Both the position numbers and the translations under genes were made by a program. 64,000 nucleotides of DNA, taken from the NCBI RefSeq assembly GCF_000181795.1, contig NW_003526941.1, forward strand, positions 3,250,178 to 3,314,177. The letters run 5' to 3'. The DNA comes from Trichinella spiralis (taxonomy: Eukaryota). Of the stretch, positions 55,801 to 64,000 are shown in pieces. The number at the start of each line of letters is the position of its first letter. Position 1 is the stretch's first letter. Under the pieces are notes generated by a model that was not told where the DNA came from, searched no databases, and saw only the letters and a program-made list of their open reading frames with translations.

Positions 55801-58800
55801 AGTAATTTGAAAGCGATTTGAAATTTGAATTGATCGATTGATGAGTTTTTCGTATGCTTTATCGAACAATAGACAAGAGTTCTTAAAGTTATTATGCATG
55901 AAATTTTAAGAAGTAATGTTTAAAATGGGAATTCTATTCAACCAATATTTGTATTTTTTGTTCATAAAAAATGTTCAATAAAATTCATTTTTTGATAACG
56001 AATTCGTCATTTTCGTGGAGATGGAATTTTGAACTTTATTAGCATTTGATTTTTGCCATGTTTCAAGTTATTGCATTGTCATTTGTGGTTATTTATTAGC
56101 TGTGTTTTTGTAAAGCAGTCAATTGACCGTTAGTTGAAGCGGAAGAATATTGAAATTGTAGAAGCAAAAATTGATAGTTATGATTTCTTGCTTGATGGAA
56201 CGGTCGTAGTGAATATATTTTTATTTTTGTTTTATTCAGTGAAATGCAGTTTTTAGAGTCTAATTGATTATGTGAAAAATGCCAATAATGAATGTGATAA
56301 TAAGAATTAGAATAATAATAAATGTTAATACTTGTTCCAAACTGAAATACATGGATTAAAAGAAAAATGATCTCAGATTAACATTGAGTGGAGTGATAAA
56401 TTTTGTTAATCGAGATGAAAAATGAACACAGTAGGAAGTGAATAAAAATGAATTTGTCAACTACGTAAGGTCGGTGCAATTTAAAAAAAATTTATTCTTA
56501 TGCAATGAATGAGGAGGTTGTTGTTGAAAAATTGACTCCAATATCCAGCAACTCAGTTTGTAAATCATTGTAATGTGATCTGCTAATGTTAAAATGATTG
56601 ATGAAAATGATCTGTTCTTTTTAATGTCTTGAAGAAAGTGATTGTCGTCTAAAAACGTCTTCATTATTCATGTTAAAGTTAGCATTTAATCACTTTGTTG
56701 CTTTATCATCAGCTATAGCTTCACAGTCGATCGTGTTCTAGAATAATAATAATTATTATTATTATAATTATCCAATATTATATTATTATTGTTCTCGTTC
56801 TTGTTATTATTGTTTCTGCTACTGCTGCTACTACTGCTATTGTCTGTTACAAATTTTATTTCTGCAAATGCTGTTCAATTCGTTTAAATTGAAACATAGC
56901 AAAAGCTTTACGATATTTCATACACCAGCAGTTGTTCAAATGGTAAGTTGTTTGGAATTTTTATTTGAAATAAATACCCTGAACACCATCTAAAATTATT
57001 CGTTGGTTAAAATTTAAAAATACATCTCAGATGATAATATGGAATGTTAATTTTTACAGTTTGGAAAATAATAAATAATTAAATAAATTATCAAAAGAAA
57101 AAATTTAATCTTGATCATAATTGATAATGCCTTTGTTTGATGACATTGTATTTCAAAAATTCAAATAAACTAATTACATATATATATATATATAATCAGA
57201 ATAAGACACCGGAAACAAAATTAATAAAAAAGAAAGTAGTTGATGAATTTTCATATCATTTTTATTGTCGTAACAAAATTATGAAATATTTTTCAAAATA
57301 TTGTTATTCTTGTTATTTTCGTACTGCGTTGAAGTGTTTAGCTGAGCAATTATTGCCTATTGAGATGGATTGATCACAATTCAATAGCCTTAATTTTCTA
57401 CATCACAGTTTCTGAAAGAGAAGAATTGTTTTGTAATCTAATTTGTCCAGCTTTCCACAACAACTGAGCTATTCTTTGATTTTGAACATGTTTAATATTT
57501 TCTTTATTTTTTTTATCTAGTAGAAATTATTTTTTAACAAAAGCAGTTGTAGCTTTATCATTTTCAATGGTATACTTGCAACGTTGATCCGTTTGTGTGC
57601 CCACTTGTGTGTATGTTTGTGTGTTTTTGTGTATGCTTGAATGTGAATGCTTCACTTTTCAGCTTTGCTTTTAAGACAAAATATTACTTAATTGAATTAA
57701 TGCAATTTTAATATCTCCCTTAGATATGTGGACACTTTCAATGAAGGTAATGAAATGTTAATTGCGTTAATCAAAAGTTTCTTTTTGCGTCATGATTTTC
57801 CATTGGCATATTTGTGAGACAATATTCAATAGCAGTGCCTTTACTTGATCATTGATTTTTTTTGTTTCAAAATATTAAATATTAAAATTCTTGCATGTCT
57901 ATGTTGCAAAGTTTTTAAAAAAAAACCGATGTGCTTACTGTGACTTGAAAATGAATGTTTTGTGAAAGGATCAAAATTCAAATTGTAGAATATAAAGCAA
58001 TGAAACTTTATTGTGGGATGTATTTATTAATAAAATACGGTGATTTGAATTCCAGTGCAGGCTCGATAAAATAAATTTATTTGATAAAGATGCAAACGCC
58101 GTTGGCATGATAATTGACTTTTTGCTAACAGTGAGTTATAAAGCGTTTGCAATTTCATTGTAACATCTTTTTTATTTTATTTTATCTTATTTAGCAATAT
58201 TTAACAAAATAATTTTCTTATGCATTCATTTTGAAAATTTTTGCATATTTTAGTTTTGTCTGCGTGAGAGTTTAGAACATTGATTTTTGGATTTGTGCTT
58301 CTTGTTCAAGATTTGCTTTTCAATTCTTGAAAGTATAAGCAAGCATTAAGAGTCAATTTTTCTCAAGTCAAGCGTGATCAATTTTTGTAAAGAAAATGAA
58401 CACTAAATACGGAAGATAGAGCATTTTAACAATTCATAAAAGTGCTCTTTGCAATTTTATATTAGTTTATTTAATAAATAATAACCTTAAGCAGGCTTCA
58501 GCAGCTTAGGGGGAGAGTTTTATTTCAATTCTGCTCGACGACATTTAAAATTTTATTGCTAAAATATTTTCTGTTTTACAAAATCAAATTTATAATCATT
58601 ATTAGTTAAACACGCGAGCATGTGGTAACAATTATTTTTCAAGTAGAAAATAATTTTTTTAATGTAAAATATTTAATTTCGATCATTTCAATATTCTTCT
58701 GATTTATAAAATATGTTTATTTAGTTTTTTGACATTTATATATTGTGTTTGTTCATTGTATTTTAATAATTTAATTTTTTCGAACGTTTTAATTGTATTT

Positions 58801-59067
58801 GGACAGATTCAGTGGAAGTGAATTTCATTAATGCAATTTCAGTATAATTTCCAAACGCTGTAGTTCGGTTTTTTTTCTTTCTTACATTCATTTTAATGAA
58901 ACGTTGTCATTGTGGAAAAGTTCATGAAGATACTGCATATATGCCAATTAAATCTGTATGACATTAACTGATTTTCAAAACTATCATCATATTTGTTGCG
59001 GTTATTGAATTTTTTATTTTTTATTTATTCGAATATTAATTTTTTATATTCAACTTACATTGTTTAG

Positions 59068-61662
59068 ACTGGTGCAGTTGAGAAAAAGGATTATAACCGA
59101 AAAATTAATATGGAAGTTGACAACAGTTCTGCAGAACATGATCAAGAGCAAAGTGAAAAGGAACAACAGTCATGTACTGCGAAAACGGCCGCTGTAAAAA
59201 GATGGAAGAAAGTATTCAAAGTATTCAAAGTGAATCAGGCATTTCTCGATTTGAGAAAAGACCATAATCATCAGAGACAAAGAAATGTAAGTTTGCCTGA
59301 GCCGTTGCATTCCATGAGCTGTATGAAATATTTATTTGTTGTGATCAGAAAAAACGGTTTGAAAATTCCATTGATGAGGAAGATTCAGAGGAACAGGAAC
59401 AAAAAGCTGATATCGTAGATCCAGTTTATTTAGCATTGAAACATGCTCAAATGATATCAGCTTCGAAAGATGATCGACATTCTTTGGTTGCAGATGCAGA
59501 TGATTCTTTGGTCGAAGAAACTTCAAATAAGCAAAATTTAGTAACTATTCCATTTTCTCTATTGTATTTGTTTTTTTTTTGTTTATTTTGTTTGTTATTT
59601 TCAGCAAGAAGTGGACAGTTCGAAAATTTTACCTGTTGCTAGTTCTGCTAAAGTGGAATTGAACACGGAAGTACATTCATTTTATATGCATTGTTATAAT
59701 TGTATGATATTATAACTGATCTGTTCTATGTAGTTATTAATAATTATTTCAAAGATAACACTGAATATTCTCAATATTTGGCGTAAATTTGAAGATTAAC
59801 ATAAGAAAAATTGTTTATTTTTAGGAAAAGGCAGTTTCAGTTGTAGCACCATCCTTAAAAGCACAGCTTTCTACGTCTGCTTTAAATTTGAAAGCTTTTC
59901 AAGCAAATGCATCAAAAGCCAGTGGTTTGACTGTAACAACAAAAAGTGTGTAATATTTTTGAGAAATATTGGATATTTAGTTTTTAAATAACTTTTAAAC
60001 GCGTATTTTATTATTTGCAAAAACATCAGAAGCCAATATAAAAATTTTCTTAATTTCTATTCGATATTTCAGTTGCCAGAGCAATGTCACAACCGCCATC
60101 GAATCGAACAGAAGAAAGAAAGAAAACAAAAGTTTCTGAAAATAATTTTAGTATGTTAAAATTTCATACCTCTCACTTAAACGTTACATAATCTCAAATT
60201 AGATCAGCGTCATTTCAAAGTGCCACGTTTGAAACAGCCTTACTTGAACATGCAAAATAAAAGTTTCGTAAATTACAAAGTAAGTTAACAACTGAAATAG
60301 TTATATGTATGGTTTTTTAATATAATGATTTTTTTGTATAGCAAATTAAGCGTAGCATGTTCTTCGACAAATATGTGGTTATACATGAATTTCGAGCAAA
60401 ATTTCCGGGTGAACTTGATCTCAGGTAACGTGAAAATGTTGCTACAATGGATGAAATATTCCAAAAATTTTCTACATTATCAGGCTTGGAGATATAATCG
60501 CTATTACTGACGTCAATGATACGGACTGGTGGACGGTAACAATTTTTTCCTGTAAAATTTTATAGACAATGAAATGAATTAAGAATATAATGGAAATTGC
60601 AGTATAAATGATGCATAATACTATATTACATTCATATAATCATTGCTTATATCTTTCTTTTGCTTTTTTTGAAAAAATTGCACTCAGTAAAATAATATAC
60701 GTTGGAATTGAATAAAATGCTGCACTATTGCAGTGGAAATTATGAAAATTTAATTATCATTACTAGCAGTTTCTTGATATGAAAAATCTCTTGTGATGGA
60801 ATAAATGCAATTTAAGGGACATTTATTATTTGAATTATCATATTTTGAAGTGTAATAATACACTGAGAGCAATTTATTGAATGGCAATTTTACTATGCTA
60901 ATTGTTGATTGTTGATAATGGCGAAATAATTTATTCGTTTGCAATAAATGAATTAGTGAAGTTTGCAATTCCAATTTGAAATGTTAATTTGATGAATAAT
61001 CATGCTAATAATAAAAGTTGAATAAATGCTTCCCCCCCCCCCACCCAATGAAGTGCGTTTCGATGAAAACACTGCAATACAAATTTTAAATTTATTTCTT
61101 TATTTAATTAATTATGTAAACATTGTTTTTCTTCCTGTCAGCTGCGAATACTAATCAATAGTGGTTGATCGATAGGTTGATAACAGCAGACGAATTGTTC
61201 GTGGTGAAAAATCTGTTCAACTTTTACTCCTTCTTTTGCTTTTCCATAAATTATAATAATTTGTTTTTATTCTCTTTTCATTTGAGACGTTGATTTATTT
61301 ATTATTTTATCACGAAGCTGATTTTGTATTAATTATTTTTAATTTCAGGGTTGTAAAGCTGAAGATGTGTATGGCAGATTTCCAAAGACGTCCGTAGAAC
61401 GCATACGATTTCATGAGCAAATACTTTTGGTGAAGCAAAATTTACACTTATGGGAAGAGCAGAGGAATATTCGTCTTTACAGAGATCAGGTGTGTAAAAA
61501 ATTAAGCTGAAAATCGACATTTCACAACTTTTCATCAATTAATTAAAAAATATCTAGATTGTATTTGGACAAAGAAATGCTGAAAACGGTTTTGTAACTG
61601 TACGTACCGCCAAAGATCATTACATTAATTGCCCAGTTGAATATCTCACACCGTTGACATGA
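59068..61662 (+). CDS. STAC-like tandem-SH3 adaptor; exons 59068-59286, 59349-59540, 59605-59670, 59825-~59945, 60073-~60150, 60203-60279, 60342-60424, 60484-60535, 61349-61489, 61558-61662
   Basis: The spliced frame gives IVDPVYLALKH (STAC KVDPVYExL motif), SH3-1 KYVVIHEFRAKFPGELDLRLGDIIAITDVNDTDWWTGCKAEDVYGRFPKTSVERI, and a directly abutting atypical SH3-2 ..IRLYRDQIVFGQRNAENGFVTVRTAKDHYINCPVEYLTPLT (cf. STAC3 [25 protein letters not shown]). The start is either ATG 59110 or an upstream mini-exon. Confidence 0.8.
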
Positions 61663-64000
61663 ATAACAACATCTACGCACAGCTGATTCAAATTTGCAAA
61701 CGATGAATATTGTTTTTTCAAACAATACATATATAAAGCTTTGGAACTTAAATTTTATTAAAAATAAGAAATGAAAATGCCATTTTAAAAGAGAAAAGAG
61801 TTGGTGAATTTTGATGATTCGACATTATCCGTAATAATATATGGGTATATTAGATAAAATTAAAAGTCACAGAAGCTAGTTTAAAATGTGAAACGAACTT
61901 GCATTGCCGACCACCTTTGAATGAGTTAAATTGTTTAAACATAACCAAATTCATAAAATATGAAATTTAACAAACGCTCATTAGCAGTACCAGCGTGAAG
62001 GAAAGATCAACTGACACTACCCGCCACACAGACATACGCCAGACGGCTGAATTACGCATTTAGAGTATTGGAGGGAAAAATAGGCGTTATGACGAATCAC
62101 TGTGGACTAATCAGAAAGTGCTTTACATTCAAGAAACAGCATTTGTTTGTACGCTATCTTTTCGAAATTGCACTTCGACATTATTTGAACTTAAGCATCA
62201 TATCGCATACAGATAACTTGTATAGTCGCTGTGCTGATCATACATACCTACAAATTTATACTGGCATAAATAATGTGAAAAATTACTTTTCTTGTCTATT
62301 GTTTGTTTTTGGCTAACATTACACTTATATTTTTAATTTCTTTTAAATTTTTTTGCAAATTTAGAAATATAAAACAGGTTTTGATTGATTTTTTGTTCAA
62401 CTGCGCTAACGACAGTTAACTTGAAGAAGTCTAGAGACTTTTTTTCTTGTAATGTAAAATTATAGTGTTAAATTTACATTTCTTTTATAATAAGATGAAT
62501 AAATTATTACAAAATTAACAGATCCAACTTTAGCTTTCAACTGATAACTGCAGTAGCTTGAAAAAGTAAATAAATGAAAATACTTTCGAAAGAAACTTTA
62601 AATTGTATATTACACTTCAGCGATAAAATAAATTCTTTACAATGTAAATTATAAATTTTATTTTTTGAATAATAATGAAAAAATTTTCAACAACAATAAC
62701 AATTTCTATCGGTAAATTAAAAATGATTTTCAAGATCATTAACCCTGCTGAGCTTCAATACAGTAAGAACGCTTTTACGTTTGTCCTTGTTGCGTTGGCA
62801 CGTTGTGTTCGTTTCTGTTTGCATTTGCGCTATTTTTTAATTTCAACGGAAGTTGATTATTGAAGAATATTTGGTAAGTTGTCCACCCCAGTCTTTTTTC
62901 AGATCAGCTAATAGAGTTTGTTGGCAAATGCTTTTATAAATCATTTTCATTTATCTAACTGAGAAGGTTGTTAAAATTATTTTTGCTTATTTTTTTTAAA
63001 ATAGTTCGTTAAAATTTCAGACATTAAATCTAATTGAAATTATTCGAATGCAGTAAGCGCATATTTTTTAATATGAGAATAAAAATTCATTAGTTTATTA
63101 CGACCGTGGCGTTTATCGATTGTTGAAGCCATTTTTGCTAGTTGTTGTGTTGTAAATGTACCCGTTTTCTTTTAGTTGTTGTAAAACAGTTTACAAAGAT
63201 CCTTCTTATTTAAATTTAAATTTAAATTTTTACAAAGATATTTTCAAACTAGAAAATCTTGTTATGTCCATTATTATAGAAGTGTAAGCTTCCTGAAATC
63301 AGATGATTAGAAAAACTGTTACGTAGTGTCTTCGAAAGCTAACGTGCATGTTGTCATCATTACGTGGTTGTTACTACAATATTGTCAGAAATAGCTTTTT
63401 GTTAGTAAAAATTTTACTGTAGCTCCAATTTCATAAGTATTCAGTTTCTTGGTTGTTATCGAGTGTGAAAGCTGTTTGGTTTATTTAATATGAGAAACTT
63501 TTTGTTTGGTTTTAGGCATACTATCATTCTTGCGTCACAACATTGCTTTCTATTCATATTTCTGTTTTGTTATTTTCTTTTAAATTGCGAACATCATCGT
63601 TTGTATTTTTGTGAATTTGATTCTGGTAGGAACCGCCATTGATTGTGTTTTTGTTCGAGCTTAATTTTAGTTGATTTTTTTCACAGTGTGTTAGTTTATT
63701 TGTATATTATGTTGTGCATTTTTCACTTTCCGAAACTTCTAACATTTCTGTATCATTTATATGCTTCACATTCAAGACTTGTTGATGTAAATTTAATACC
63801 AGCTAATCCACTGGGATTTAATTTGAATTTATTTTCGTTATGTAACAGTAATTTTTGTTTAACAGTGTTTACGGCGGCGCTTTTGTTATTTGTTGCACAT
63901 TGAAACTTTATTTATCTTTATCATTACAGTAGCAGTAGGGTAGGGTACATTTATTGATTAGCAATTTCATTCCGATTATTAATTTTCTGCGAATTGATGT

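Noticed and set aside
62675..63903. Short ORFs and a G|GTAAGT donor (~62873) near the window end
   Set aside because: Possibly a 5'UTR exon of the next gene, but there is no coding signal; the ORFs have AT-rich random composition.

Overview
This is AT-rich eukaryotic draft-assembly DNA with six N-gaps. Introns are short (mostly 45-110 nt) with GTAAGT-type donors and TTTCAG/TTTAG-type acceptors, consistent with a nematode, possibly Trichinella-like (inference only). 2.4-12.7 kb: a compact + strand cluster of BBS1, a yippee/YPEL5-like gene, an XRCC4-like gene, a ubiquitin-like-domain gene and MRPS35, with operon-like spacing. 13-30 kb: a gapped, repeat-rich accessory zone with three local duplications, a 55-bp inverted repeat, a 12-bp-motif satellite, a 16-bp C-rich minisatellite and an array of near-consensus introns separating stop-riddled exons. 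33.9-61.7 kb: calmodulin (-), a MYND-finger HIF prolyl hydroxylase (egl-9/EGLN1, -), a GAB/DOS/SOC-1 docking protein (+) and a STAC-like tandem-SH3 gene (+) that the ORF track largely misses. The most interesting observations are (i) the STAC-like protein, which shows no C1 domain but carries an MLCK-M13-like 1-5-8-14 calmodulin-binding helix upstream of the VDPVY motif; (ii) the non-coding exon/intron array; (iii) a recognisable XRCC4; and (iv) substitutions at HIF-contacting positions of the prolyl hydroxylase. All gene models were spliced by eye and no searches were run.
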